Assembly: GCF_009914755.1 (NCBI RefSeq)
Contig: NC_060941.1
Reading direction: 5' to 3' (one strand)
Source of the DNA: the human T2T-CHM13v2.0 reference genome, Homo sapiens
DNA length: 64,000 nucleotides
Below, one piece after another: positions 12,862 to 37,948 of the stretch. The notes under the pieces are model-generated. The model searched no databases, had not been told where the DNA came from, and worked only from the letters and a program-made list of their open reading frames with translations. The stretch's first letter is position 1. Every line of letters begins with the position of its first letter. The position numbers and the translations under genes were made by a program.

Positions 12862-13696
12862 CTTTGACTGTTCCTCATCCATTGAAGATTCTTCTGATGC
12901 ATGGGGAGTATTACTCAAAGAGCTGCTTCTCTGGTCATCAGCTGTCACTTTGGAAGGGGCTACTTCTACCACTGACAGTCGACAGCTCTCATTCCTTCCT
13001 CCACCCAGTTCCTCCATCCTTGAATGGGAAAAAGATCGTGACCGGGTTTCTTGGGAGAGCTCCACAAACTTCTCTAGGGCACTAAAAAAGTCAATGCGAT
13101 CTGTACTGAAATCTGAGATTTCAGTCTGGCAACTGGGTTGGGGGCTTGGTGACTCAGGATCAGGGGACATGGGGGGGTCTTTCAGTGGAGATGTCAATTC
13201 TTCCATAGGCAGTAGGTGGACATTCATGTCTGCTTTCAGTGCATCTGTCTCCAAATCTTCCACTGTTAAGTCTGGAAACTTGTTGGCCATTTCTGGGACA
13301 TGTCCAGGCTGAATTAAGGCTTTGGATGCATGGCAATTGTCAAGAGGAAATTTTGATTCATTCAGACAACACCCTGATGAGCATCCATTGATGTCATTTA
13401 AGTTTAATTCATCCTCAATCTGTCCAGCATGAAATTCCCTAGAAGTAAACTCCAAGCAGATCATTCTTTCTTTGGTACACAGGCCTTTCTGATTTGCATC
13501 TTGTGGGACCATATGTTCCACAAAGACAGGAGGTATGGGTGGGTGACTCTCCATGGTCTTCACCTCAGCAATCTGGTCTGCTGAGGTGGTGATATCCTTC
13601 TTGTTGAGTTCTAGCCCAGGTTTGCAGATGGGTTCGTGGTGGTCTGAGAGGTCACTATCTGAATGAGATCTCCATAGTTTGTTATGCCGCTGTTTG
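12862..13696 (-). CDS. SSH2: SSH2 nominal exon 14 (835 nt), KQRHNKLWR...EEQSK
   Basis: Acceptor ccacag|CAAA, donor AAG|gtaaaa; phase 2 in, 0 out. Confidence 0.96.
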
Positions 13697-14005
13697 CTGT
13701 GGAGGACATACACAGGAAGTATCTTAATCTGGTTTGTAAAGATAATCAACACCCTCCCAGGAAAACACTCCCAGATAAATCTTAACTTGTAAAAATGCTT
13801 TGTTATTGCTCAATGGAACTAGGCAATAAACGTTTGAAAAGACAATTTAATAGCAAAAAACAAAGCAAAACAACAACAAATGAGTGTGAGTTTTTTTTAC
13901 CTATCAGTCTGACAGGAATTAAAATGGTTGGTAACAGCCAGTGTTGATGATGGTATGGCTAAACAAGCCCTCTCATATACTGGTAGGAGGAATGTGAATT
14001 CAGAA

Positions 14006-15753
<1,748 letters not shown>

Positions 15754-16841
15754 TGAATTTAAAAAATGGGCATGTTTAAAAATTATAATCAGAAAAAAAC
15801 CTACTAAAATCAAAACATACAAGTAACACAAAGGGAATACTCTGTTGGAACCTATTACCAAGTCCTCATAACTAGGATGAAGAACTGATGGTAAGCATTC
15901 TGGAATCAGAAAGCAAAGGAACGGCTAGTAAATTTGGAGAGAAAGCTTAGTAACAGAATGAAGGGAACAGCATAAAGGATAGGCCCTTTCAGAAGAATCT
16001 CTGGGTAAAAATCATTAAGCTAAGGAGACACGTGGAAAAAGCAGGTGGGCCAAAGGAAGACTCCCCTCCATCACCATTTTATGAAAGAGGTCTGAGGTAG
16101 GGAGGAGATTTCATTTCAAACCACACACTCTTAAACAGTTCCCAAAACCCCAGCCAAAAAGAGAACGGTGGCCCTTTTGTTGGTCAGGTTCATCTGCCCA
16201 GGAAACAGGTCACTAAGTATGGTCCTTGGGGGTGTGGTCTCCATGACTTACAAGCTGATGAGGAGTTACCAAACCGCAGGGTGGAATGGGAAACTCAGCC
16301 CAAAACAACTTGCCCTGGGCTCCGGGCCACGCCTGGGCTCTGCCGAGTCATGCTCAGGCGCCTGCACTAATGTGACCCCCTGTTTGTTCTCAACTCTGCA
16401 CCTGCTCTCAGCTCCCCCTGCCTGTCTGCTGCTTGGGTGGGGCTCTCTCTGACTCATGCCTGCACAGCAAAGGGGTGCTTTCCTGGGAAGGAGCAGGTCA
16501 ATCTTTTTATGAAGACAAGCTGTAATCAATCAGCTGGGTATAAGATGGGGTTTTCACCCTTTCCAAGCTGCATGAGCTCCAGCCACCCCTAGGAGGAGAC
16601 AACATATCACGCATCTCAAGTGAGTGGCTGTGGGGAGGGGCAAGCTGACTGTTTGGATAGGTGGGGCCTAAGTTGTACATTATGACCAACTGAGGCCAGT
16701 GGTTTCCTTTTAAAGTTTCTTCTCTTATATGCAGACATCCTTGTTTCCTGAAATAAATATGAGTGTATTCCCCAATTTCTATCCCTCACCTATCATGAGG
16801 ATGTTCAAACCTGCACCAGCTTCTCTCACCCACCATAGTAG

Positions 16842-18097
<1,256 letters not shown>

Positions 18098-18512
18098 CTC
18101 ATCATGTTTTAGTCGGTTACACTAAACTGTTTTTTTCCAATGAAGCTTTGTCCTGAGACAGTTTATTCTAACACTTCATCACTGGTAGGAATAGATGTAA
18201 TGTATTAGATCATATCTATTATTTTAAACTATTAAATTTTAAACTCGGCCGACTCCCCACCTCCCACCCCCTTCCAGGCAGGCAGCAAATAAACAGCTTG
18301 CCAAAAAGGAACTTCAGAGTTGGTCTGTATCCTGGATGATATAACCAAGTCTCAGATCCTTTTCCCCCTTGAGTGGCCTCTGACCTGAATTTGGATTCAT
18401 ATAAAGACACAGACATACATAAGGTGATGAGGTCATTCTGGGAAATAATTGGCCTTTTACCTAGTTAATGAACAAGAGGAAATTTTATTTTTATTTTTAA
18501 ATATTTTTAAGT

Positions 18513-18590
18513 TGTCAGCCTTGTGTAGGGGCCATGCCAATCTTCTCTGTATAGTTCCAATTTTAGTGTATGTGCTGCCCAAGTGAGCAC
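18513..18590 (-). pseudogene. 3'-truncated U6 snRNA retropseudogene
   Basis: Reverse complement reads GTGCTCACTTGGGCAGCACATACACTAAAATTGGAACTATACAGAGAAGATTGGCATGGCCCCT..., matching the first ~78 nt of U6 (including the ACAGAGA box) with several substitutions; followed by an A-rich tail and a degenerate TSD (GGAAATTT on +). Confidence 0.93.
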
Positions 18591-20300
18591 AAGAAGAAGG
18601 AAATTTAAATGACAGATGCATAAGTCGTCCCATTATCTTGCCTCCACTTTCATATTGTTACGTGTTTGGTGAAACATCAACTCTGAGAAAGTTATATAAA
18701 GGAAAAGGCTGCTAAAAATGGAGTACTTGCGCCTGTAATCTAGCTACTCAGGAGGCTAAAGCATGATGATCACTCCTAGAGCCTAGGAGTTGAGTGAGAC
18801 TAGCCTGGGCAATATAGACATTGTCTTTTTTTTTTTTTTTTTAAAAAAAGAGGGCCAGGAGTTATAGTAAAATCAGGCTGCCTATAGTTACTTTTTGGGG
18901 TATTAGGCAGCCTGTATAAAGGAAGAGAAAAAGCATTATCTGAATATTTTTTTGTGTGATGTGCATCGCCCAAGATGCTTTAAGATTATTTAACTGGAAA
19001 GCTAGTAAGAAAATCCTTTTAAATCTCCATTGCTCTTGGCTGTCACCTGACCAGGAGTCCACATCTTTCCTTCTCAGGTTGCCTACTGCCAGCTGACCAA
19101 TGTGCATCAGCTAACTAGACCTCAGTGTCTCCACCAGCAAAGCCAGGGTAAAAGACAACCCTGCCTCCTCTGGCCCTTGTGACAGGGGCACTCAAAGAAT
19201 CAAAACTGACATTTCTGAGGAAACATGGCACAGACTCTCCCTGGTCACCACCCAGGTTTTTTTCCTTGCCCCCTATACACTGAAACCTAATACCACAGAC
19301 ACACGGTCCAACTTGCAAATGGTCTGCTTGAAATCTAAACCTCTCTAATGGAACATAAATCTGCCAGATACCTGCATGATCAGAGTGCAGAATAACAAAC
19401 AGGGCTGCTGGCAGTTTAATGGAGTTTTAAAACACAGGCACACACACAGACACCACCCCCCCCACCGCCTCTTGTTTTGCTCCCATCCCCCATCTATAAA
19501 AACAGAAAAAATAAAATCAGATATAAATGCTATAAGTAGCTTTATGATACCCTTCTTTTTAGGTCTAAAGGGAAATATTAAACATTAGCCTTCTCCAGGC
19601 TCTTAATGATATACTGGGAGGTGCAAAAAGTCCCTTGTATTTCAGAGGGGCTTGGCCCATACCCTCATACTCTGATTAAGACTGTAACCAATTCACAAAT
19701 CAGTACAGGAGCCTGGAGTCACTTTGAAAACTTCTCTTCTACTAAGGCCAAAGCACTAAGTGAATGCCCTCAAACAGAGAGCTGCCACCTCAAATTAAAT
19801 ACCCAGGGCCACCCTGGATAACCATGGAGCTACCGAATGCTAGGATCAGGGCTCTGCCTCTTTGAGAAAACCACCACAGGCCTCTTGGGATAAAATATAA
19901 AATGCAAGATCTAAACACTTGGACAGGAAATGGACTTTCTCTGCAAACAATGAGAGATTTTTCTAAGGATTTTCCTCTCCTGCTTACCTAAATTGCAAGG
20001 CTTGATAGAGCTTCATACAGTCATAGGAGTCTGGAGATTTTTTTCTTTGCTCTTCTAAGCAGGCAGATCTGGAGTGGTACTTTGGTGCTGGGCGAGTCTG
20101 CTGGGCCTATTCACTTGGCAGTTAGCCTACAAGTACCAAGGTGTCCTAATAACACATCATAGATTGCAGACCCTAACAGCTATATATCCAACAGCCATTT
20201 TTCTTACTGTCAGAGGCCTGATTTGATTTGGGTGTTCACTGTCCCATGGGTTCAGGAAATGTGGCACTTCCCTAGATCCAGAGGATAAATGTGAATACGC

Positions 20301-21726
<1,426 letters not shown>

Positions 21727-23393
21727 TCAAATAATCCTAATCTGAGTCTGCTGTTTCTTGCTGAGATCCTGATTGAGGTAATTGATTACTTGCAGCCAAA
21801 AGCAGCCTAAGTGACATCCCTAGCACTAGATAGTACTTAAAATCCAGAAAACACCACAATATAGGAAATTCTAGGAACACTTCCCATTTCAGTTTTGAAT
21901 GGAATATGTCTGTGGGTGGCAGGAGGCAGTAGTGATGTCATGGAAGAGGAAATAAATGGCACATACACGTGTCTTCTGGGTAGCCTTGGAGGAAGATGAG
22001 AATCATATCTGAATAACTCTCAACAATACGTAATAAACATTCAAACACATTTTTATTCACAATAACCCTGTGAGATGGATCTCTTGATTTTCATTTTATA
22101 GATGGGGTCAGGTAAGGATGAGAAATGTGAAGTAACTTCTCAGGGTTGCAGCAAGAGGGTGAACCAGGAATGGAAACCAGATCTACTGACTCAAATTCTG
22201 TGCTTTTCTCTCCCCAGGGCTTGTCCCTCCCTCCATGAATCAAGCCTAGGAAGCTGAGATGGAGCAAAAAAAGGAAGGGAAAGGGAAGAAAAGGTGATTT
22301 TGGGTTTATACTGCCCTTCTTATCCTCATCTAAGATTTTTCTGAAACTCCTTCAACAACTAAGGAAAACCACACACATTAAAAAAACCCAACCCAACAGC
22401 TTGCAGAAGCCTGGGATTCCAGAATAAATACTAAAATTGGCAGGACACGTAGTATCCTTTCTCTCAGTGGGTCACGTGAGGACACTGCCCAACATCTGTC
22501 ATGTGTGTCTGGGAATATATATTTATTTCTTGCTGAATGCTCAGATGCCTCTTTCTTGTGCCAAAAAGAACTGCTACATCCTACCTTCTGATCTAATCTA
22601 AAAATGCCATCAAAATCTGGCCCCAAAGACCTACAAATTATTTTAAACACAGGACGCTTCAGTATCCTCCCAGCCTCCTAAGAGAATGGTTCAGATAAAA
22701 TCATGCCAAATGTTGAGTAAATGGGAGGGGTTTTTTAGTGGAAACCATAATGCTATGCTGTGGCCACATTTTCACAATACTTCGGGGGCGGGAGGGTGAT
22801 CCCTCTGCCCAGATAGGCTGGAAGGCTATGTAACATTTTGTTCAGGGGAAACACAGTCCAGATTCAAGAGTCAAGACCAAATCATAAGACTCACTGGAGT
22901 CAAACACTGGCACCAGCCCCAACTGCTTCTAGACAGCTGTGCCTTCACCCTAACAAAACCACCTAGAATATACCTACATGGAAAAAACAAAGCAGAATCT
23001 AGAAATCCACAGAATTTCAGCATGTAGCATCTCAGGAAACTGATCCTTAAATCACTTAATATCTGATGCTTGTTCCTGCTGCTGAAGGTGGCTTTAACCA
23101 CCAAAGGGATAATAACGTAGTGCAATTAATTACTCATTTTATAACCAATTACCAAATTATTATTGAAAACAGCTGGTTCTTACCGATATAGGAAGACATT
23201 CAAGACCTGGTACTGAGTGGAGAGGTAGACTACAGAACAGTTTTTGTGGCGAAAATAGCCACCAAAATATGTGATAGAGTAAAACCTTGAGAAACTGGTA
23301 ATGTCAACTGCTGTCTGTGTGTATTGAGCTCATTAACTATTTTTTCCTTTTGCAATTTTCTGCATTTTTGAAAAGCATATATAATTGGATTAA

Positions 23394-26527
<3,134 letters not shown>

Positions 26528-27540
26528 AAGATCTTTGTTCAAGTCCTATCTTCACCACTTATTTGACCTCTCTGAATGTTGACAACATCTGCCCCTCTGG
26601 ATCTTAGAAAATACTACATGAGAGAACAGTAAGCATGCCATGAATGGTATTATTACTGGGAATAATTTATTAACAGAATTCAAAAATATAAAACACTCTT
26701 TTAGGTACTTGCTGAGAATAAAGGAATAGGCTCAAAGCTAGAGTATGAGGATTTAGAGAAACTAAGAGGAAGAACTTCCTGACCGTGAAGGTCCTTAAGA
26801 GAAGTGTGAAATTATTTTTGAAGGAGTTTAATTAAATACAAAAGCACTTCTCATCTGCCAGGGATGGTTTGAACATAGTCCTACCTGAAGGAAGATGTGG
26901 CAAACAAGCTCGTTTATGGTTCTCTCTAGTAAAGGAATAAATAGGATTGGCAAGGAAATCCCCAAGGACTTAAAAACAAAAAGGCAGTGTTGACATTAAT
27001 ACCAAACACTAAGTTAATACAAAATACTCTCACTAGAAGAGCCAACTAATTTAAGGAAGACATCAACAGAAGGGCCACAGAAAAATTTCATCATTTAGAG
27101 TATCATAAAAATAAAGTAAGAGAGTAGGAAAAGATTTCCAAAGTTTGTCTCCTTATCTTCAGCGGGGAGGACCAGTATTCTATCTATCTGAAATAATTTC
27201 TATGATATAACTTTTAAAACTCCCCACTGGCAACTTAATTTCATTCAGAATTTCTTCCTTCTCTCATTTCTGTATCTTTTGCTGCAGTTTAAGTCTATTT
27301 TCTTTAATTCTGTGCTCAATGGAAATAGCCAACATGAGGTTACTTTCTCCTAGGGGTTTACTTTACTTAAAGTGAGTCACTAGTCTTTTGCCTAGGATTA
27401 AAAAGATTTCAGTCTCCTCCTTTCCTTAGTTCCTTTTTCCTGAGTACCATCAGTAAGTTGTCTATAGCCCTCAGGACCCAGCCATGTGTGGTGGGGCAAG
27501 AGGAACAGAGATCACAACATTGTGCAGGACTATTACTCAC

Positions 27541-27687
27541 TTTGCTTTAGAGATGAATTTGTAAGTGTCATTCCAGTACGCCAGGAGATCCGTTGCCTCT
27601 TCATCATATACCCGAATGTTATGATACTCAAAGACTCCTGGGAAGAAGTTATCTATCTCTCGAGTGACATTCAAGATATACCGTACC
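27541..27687 (-). CDS. SSH2: SSH2 nominal exon 12 (147 nt), VRYILNVTREIDNFFPG...ISKAK
   Basis: Acceptor ttgcag|G, donor AA|gtgagt; DSP domain with putative general-acid Asp (RVYDE); phase 2-2. Confidence 0.96.
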
Positions 27688-28710
27688 CTGCAAGGAAACC
27701 AAGGGAGAATATGTGCTCTACTACTCAGGCTAAATCCAATTCCCAGCACTGTTTTTTCTTACTTAAAACTTGTTTATTCCATAGACTGAAATTAAATACA
27801 AAAATAATGAAGACAGCTAAAAAACTAAGAGGTTATATTTATTTATTAGAGAAATGATACAGCAGGGTTCCTGGGCATACCTGGGCACCAGGGAATTATT
27901 AAGCAAAAAGTTATTCACCATGTTCAACATCTAAATTCCATTTTCAGTTTATGTAGTTATAAAATCGTATCCTTGATAGTATTCTGAAAATATGCCTCAT
28001 ATTTTACTCCAAAGAATCAACTTGAGTCCATAATCAGACACTTTCTCAGTTACTAAAATTGTCAGCAATACAATTTATTCTCTGAAAGTCATCTGTATAA
28101 AATCAGACTACTGACATGTACCCCAAGTGAAAAAAGAGAGAATGAATAACGATTTCTTCCTATTTTTCTAAATGCCAGATTGTTAGGCTTTGTGCAATTA
28201 CTCTCTCTAAACTACATGAAAGGCAAATGAGGACAGAACTGGAAGGGTCAGAGAAAAGCCGGACTTAAAACTCCCTTAAACTCATTTGACTGCATTACTG
28301 GCTGCTATGGCATCGATGTATCCGAAGATTCTTCCACACTAAGATGCTTGCAGAAGAGAGTTTCTGTATCAAAACAGTCTTCTATTATCTTTCTCACTGC
28401 ACAATCTCAATAAATGCTTGAGCTCCATTTACCAAATATTATCTTTTCTTAATGCTGTGATTTAGACATAGCTGGATGTCTAAGTTTACTCCAACAATAC
28501 AGCATGGACTCACTCATTTCTCTCTGAGACATTGCTTCCTTCTCAGCACAAATGTGAAGTTCCATAAACCCAAACTCTGAAATCAATGAAATGAATACAG
28601 AAAAAGAAAGCAGCCATAGCTAACCAAATCTGTGGTTAAGGTCAAGTGGCCAAAAATTTTCTCAGACACGAATTGAATCTGTTTTAACTTGGCATCAAAG
28701 CCCATTACTA

Positions 28711-29455
<745 letters not shown>

Positions 29456-30444
29456 AAAAGGCAACACTCCAGCCTGGGTGACAGGAAAAAAAGGAAAAAG
29501 AAAAAAAGACAGGCAACACACTTTCCTTATTTTATTTTATTATTTATTTATTTATTTTCCCCAAGATGGAGGCTTGCTCTGTCGCCCAGATCTGGAGTGC
29601 AATGGCACGATCTTGGCTCTCTGCAACCTCCGCCTCCCCGTTCAAGCAATTCTCCTGCCTCAGCCTCCCGAGTAGCTGGGATTACAGGTGTGCGCCACCA
29701 CTCCCACCTAATTTTTGTATTTTTAGTAGAGATGCTGTTTCACCGTGTTGGCCAGGCTGGTCTCAAACTCCTGACCTTGTGGTCTGCCTGCTTCGGCCTC
29801 CCAAAGTGCTGGGATTACAGGTGTGAACCACCTTGCCCGGCCTCCTTATTTTATTTAAAATAAAAATGAACAATCTCCCACCTCTAATCCCATACCTCAT
29901 AATAAATTATGGCACTATCTTTCTAGAGGCAGGACACAGCTTCCCAATCCTTTTCATTACAAAGCTGTAGGCAGTCACTGCCAATTGGAACTGAAACTCC
30001 TTGAAACTTTTTTCCCATCTCAGCACCAAATGACTCTATACAGAGTAACATTTTACTTTGGGTAAGGTTCTGAAGTCAGCAGATTGGATGGAAATGGCCT
30101 TAATGTCAAAATTACCCTTGAAAATCCCATTAAGTCATCTATAGGCAGCACTATATGTGGTTTTGTGTACAGATCCCTGAACTGTAATTCTTCACATATT
30201 AAAATTTAACAATCACTGAATTTAAGAAACAAGATCTAAGTAGCTATCTGGGAATTTGACCATACTGTTTTTAAAGACAACTAGATACAGTTAGTTGCAT
30301 TTTATAATTTAGCCTTCTAAGAAGCAAATGATATGATGGGTCTCATCTCCAGCTGGGGTTATATTCTAAATTCATATGTATATATGACATGATTCCAGTG
30401 CTTTTGGCAAACACTGCTATACCGCATCTCAGGCTTAATATTAA

Positions 30445-30653
<209 letters not shown>

Positions 30654-31936
30654 TAGTAGAGACAGGGTTTCACCATGTTAGCCAGGCTGGTCTTGAACTC
30701 CTGACCTCAAGTGGTCCACCTGCCTCAACCTCCCAAAGTGCTGGGATTACAGGCGTGAGCTACTATGCCTGGCCAGAATTACAGAATTTTTAAAGCTTGA
30801 TGACTTGAGAAGCTTGTAAAAAACATTGTCCCACTCCTAAAGAAATCTTAAGGAGACTCTTGTATATAAAGCAGATGCAATGTTATTAATCTTGTTGAAT
30901 TATGGGGTCCTTATGCTTCAGGGGCATTTCCAAATAAGGCAAATGGCAGATACAGGATTAGAACTGAGGTCTCTGAATTCCCAACACAGTTTGCTAATTG
31001 ATTTTCTCTCCTTATCTGCCATCAGCCAAGTCACAGTGTTCAAATATGTGTGAACATACCTATCATTCATTCACATTTACTGAGCACCCTCTTGTTATAC
31101 AGCTCTGAGCTAGGTAGATAGTAAGCTATAAGCAAGACTAAGATACAGTCTCTGCCTTGAAGAACTCTAGACTTTCTTATTAAGTTTTCCAAGTTTTATT
31201 TAACTTCAAATTTTAAATTAAGCAACCAGATTCCCCTCCCCACCCCCCGGAATTCTTTGTATAATCATTTGGCTTAAGTCCTGTTCCAAGTTCATTTGGC
31301 CAATTATGAAATACTTTTCATGTGGGGAAAAAGTAGGGAGTATTTATCCACTAATGGTAAAGATAACCAGGAGGCTTATGGCTGAGAAAACAGGCAGCCA
31401 GCAACCATCACTACCTCTGAGTCTCAGCTGGTCTTATCTCTTTCCACAATGAGTTAGCATGGCAAATTTCAGACCTTATTTTCTCTTTTCTTATTGGGAT
31501 TAGCTGACCTCCTAAAGTGAATGAACTTCAATAAGAAACTTAGTAGGCATCAGCTAAGGGAAAAATGGCAGCTTTTTACTTGCTGAATGTTCACTGTAGT
31601 CTCTATTGTTACAATCAAACTTAATAACCATGCTGCTTAGGGACAGTTTTCTTAATATAAGATAGGTCCTCTTCAATTTCAGAAGCTTGTCCAGTTCACA
31701 ACCATAACCTACAGTCTTTAAGCAGCTTACTACACAGGATAGGGACTGAGTCTTAATTTATCTGTGGATCCCCAGCACCTAGCACTTTGTCCCACAGAAG
31801 ACGCTCAATCAATGTTGAATGAACAGCTCTGTGAACCCTACATATGCAATTCTATGTATTCTTGCATAAAAATAAAAATTTGATTTTAAACATCACCAAT
31901 GGTTTGCACATTTGTTCTTCAAAGCCCTTCAATTAA

Positions 31937-32308
<372 letters not shown>

Positions 32309-32447
32309 TAGATTACATCTGATTAGAATCAGTCAGATGCAACTCTTAAGATTAAAGTTACCCACTGATACCTCTTTGATGGGAAAATGAAGATAAAACA
32401 GGGACTTCTGTTACACAGGGGTGCCAGCTATTGCTTTGTGTGCTTAC

Positions 32448-32494
32448 CCTCGGTTCTGTAAGTCCTCTAAGTTGGAGGCATTCCATTCTGAGCC
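32448..32494 (-). CDS. SSH2: SSH2 nominal exon 11 (47 nt), GSEWNASNLEDLQNR
   Basis: Acceptor ccatag|GGC, donor GG|gtaagc; absent from the ORF track but links exons 10 and 12 in frame. Confidence 0.95.
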
Positions 32495-33018
32495 CTATGG
32501 AGCCAAAAAGACAAGGTTAAGGAGTATTAGCAAATCAACCAAACAATACTTGAAAAGGAGCGAGAGAAGAAGAACTTTCAAAAAGAAGACTAATAACATC
32601 TACCAGTGCCCTTTAAGTTGCCAGGCACTTCATATGTTATCACATTTAGTTTTCACAAATGATAGAGTAAGAATGTTATTTTCATCTTCATTTTTACAGA
32701 TACAAAAACCAACTCATAGAATTCAAATAATTTTTGCCCATGATCATACAGCAGGAGAGGTGTCTTTAACCATCATCCAATCTAAATTAGATGTCTTCTG
32801 TTATTCTTGCTCATAGTAATCTCCTATTTTCCTCAACAGCATGTATCACAATTTGTACCTATATATTTATTTATGTGCTTACTTTCTAACTACCTTTAAT
32901 ATAAGCTCCTAGAGGTCGGGAACCAGCTCTTTTCTTCCCTATGGAAACCCACGCACCTTGCACAGTGCCTGGCACCTGGCAGGTGCTCAATAAACATTTG
33001 CTGAATTTTTACAGATAA

Positions 33019-33243
<225 letters not shown>

Positions 33244-33980
33244 TAGTAGAGGCAGGGTTTCACCATGCTGGTCATGCTGGTCTCAAACTCCTGACCTCGT
33301 GATCCACCCGCCTCAGCCTCCCAAAGTGCTGGGATTACAGGTGTGAGACACCGCGCAGGGCCGCTCACACTCTTTTTAGTGCATTAAGTTGCATCTAAGG
33401 AGTTAAAGGACAGAACTTGTGTGTGGCAGGAGAAGACACTGAAATAGCAGCTTCTGTCAAACAAATGAGGGAAACATTATATGTAAAATTTTAAGATAGG
33501 GATAAATGGCAAACTTTGGGGGAAGAGGTTCTGCTGATGATCTGGAGGACACAATTATTAATATTTTGCCATATTTGCTTTCTTTCCTTCTTTCCCTTTT
33601 CTTTTAGTACATATCATACTTTTTCCCCCTGAACCATCTGAGAGCATTTTGTGCACCATGACACTTTATTCAATACTTGAGCATGTATCATCTAAGAACA
33701 TTTTCTTACATAATATGATCATACCAAAGAAATGTAACATTAACACAATAACCTGATACACTATACATATTTGAATTTCTACAAATGTCCCCAAAATGTC
33801 CTTTATATTTACTCAATCAAGGATAATTCTTCACATTTAGTTGTCATGTCTCTATCCTCTAGCTACACTTTTTTTTCTTTTGAGACAGAGTCACCCAGGC
33901 TACAGGGCAGTGGTATGATCCTGACTCACTGTAACCTCCACTGCCAGGGTTCAAGTGACTCTCCTGCCTCAGCCTCCTGA

Positions 33981-34699
<719 letters not shown>

Positions 34700-34912
34700 T
34701 GATCCTCCCCACCTTGGCCTCCCAAAATTTGGGATTGCAGGAGTGAACCACCACACCCAGCCTAGCTTTAATCTAGAACAGTACATCTTCTGCTTTCTTT
34801 GGGAGTGTGGGAGGGGGTCTTTCATAATATTGACATATCGACATTTTTGTAGACTCCACATCTGTTATCTTGGAGAATTCCCCACAATCTGTATTTTTTT
34901 TTTTTTTTTTGA

Positions 34913-35020
<108 letters not shown>

Positions 35021-35196
35021 TAGCTGGGATTACAGGTGCGCACCACCACACCCAGCTAGTTTTGGTATTTTTAGTAGAGATGGGGTTTCTCCATGTTGGT
35101 CAGGCTGGTCTCGAATTCATGACCTCATGATCTGCCCACCTCGGCCTCCCAAAGTGCTGGGATTACAGACAGGCATGAGCCATTGTGCCCAGCTGT

Positions 35197-35367
35197 ATTT
35201 TCTTTTTTAAGAGGTGGGTCTCGTTATGATGCCCAGGCTGGAGCTCAGTGGCTATTCACAGGTGCTATCATTGTGCGCTATAGCCTTGAACTTCTGGCCT
35301 CAAGTGATCTTCCTGCCTCAGCCTCCTGAGTACCTGGGACTACAAGTGCATGCCACCATACCTGGCT
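35197..35367 (-). mobile_element. Fossil Alu monomer (FAM-like)
   Basis: Retains the 7SL-derived GGCTATTCACAGG segment that dimeric Alus lack. Confidence 0.7.
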
Positions 35368-35595
35368 TGTATTCAATTTTAGAGTGCTTTTTCTATTCTT
35401 TCCCATTTAATATTTTGGGCATACAAAACTTTTATGTGATTAAAAGTCAAAAGCTTATTAAAAAGTAAACTTAGAGGCTGGGTGCAGTGGCTCACGTCTG
35501 TAATCCCAACACTCTGGAGGCCGAGGCAGACGGATCACCTGAGGTTGGGAGTTACAGACCAGCCTGACCACCATGGAGAAACCCCGTCTCTACTA

Positions 35596-35754
<159 letters not shown>

Positions 35755-35809
35755 TCAAAAAAAAAAAAAAAAAAAAAAAAAGTAAACTAAGAGGTCTCAC
35801 TCTCACTCC

Positions 35810-36945
<1,136 letters not shown>

Positions 36946-37093
36946 TGACCTCGTGATCTGCCTGCCTTGGCCTCCCAAAGTGCTGGGATTACAGGCGTGA
37001 GCCACCACGCCTGGTCAGGGCAGACATTTTATAATAAGAGTTTACTCTTTCAGAATTAGAGGCATTAATGGAATTTAGCATTAGAAGACTTAG

Positions 37094-37434
<341 letters not shown>

Positions 37435-37726
37435 TGAGCCACTGTGCCTGGCCAACCTCTCTGTCTTTATCTGTAAAATGAAAACCCCTTCCCACCCCAG
37501 TAGTATATATTTAATGGGTACATTTCCCTCAAATTATACATGCAAAGTTTTTCCCATATTAAAATGGAAAACCCCTCTCTCTCTCATAAATCCTCCTGCA
37601 GACTCTGTCCTTTCTCCCTTTCCTTCATGACTTCATAGAAATAAAGTCAAATACTCACTTTCTGGATGGGTGCAGTGGCTCATGCCTGTAGTCCTAGCAC
37701 TTTGGGAGGCTGAGGTGGGCAGATCA

Positions 37727-37948
<222 letters not shown>

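Noticed and set aside
13697-13752. N-terminal extension of the 324-aa ORF (MLIIFTNQ...)
   Set aside because: Intronic sequence upstream of the ccacag acceptor, with a non-ATG start
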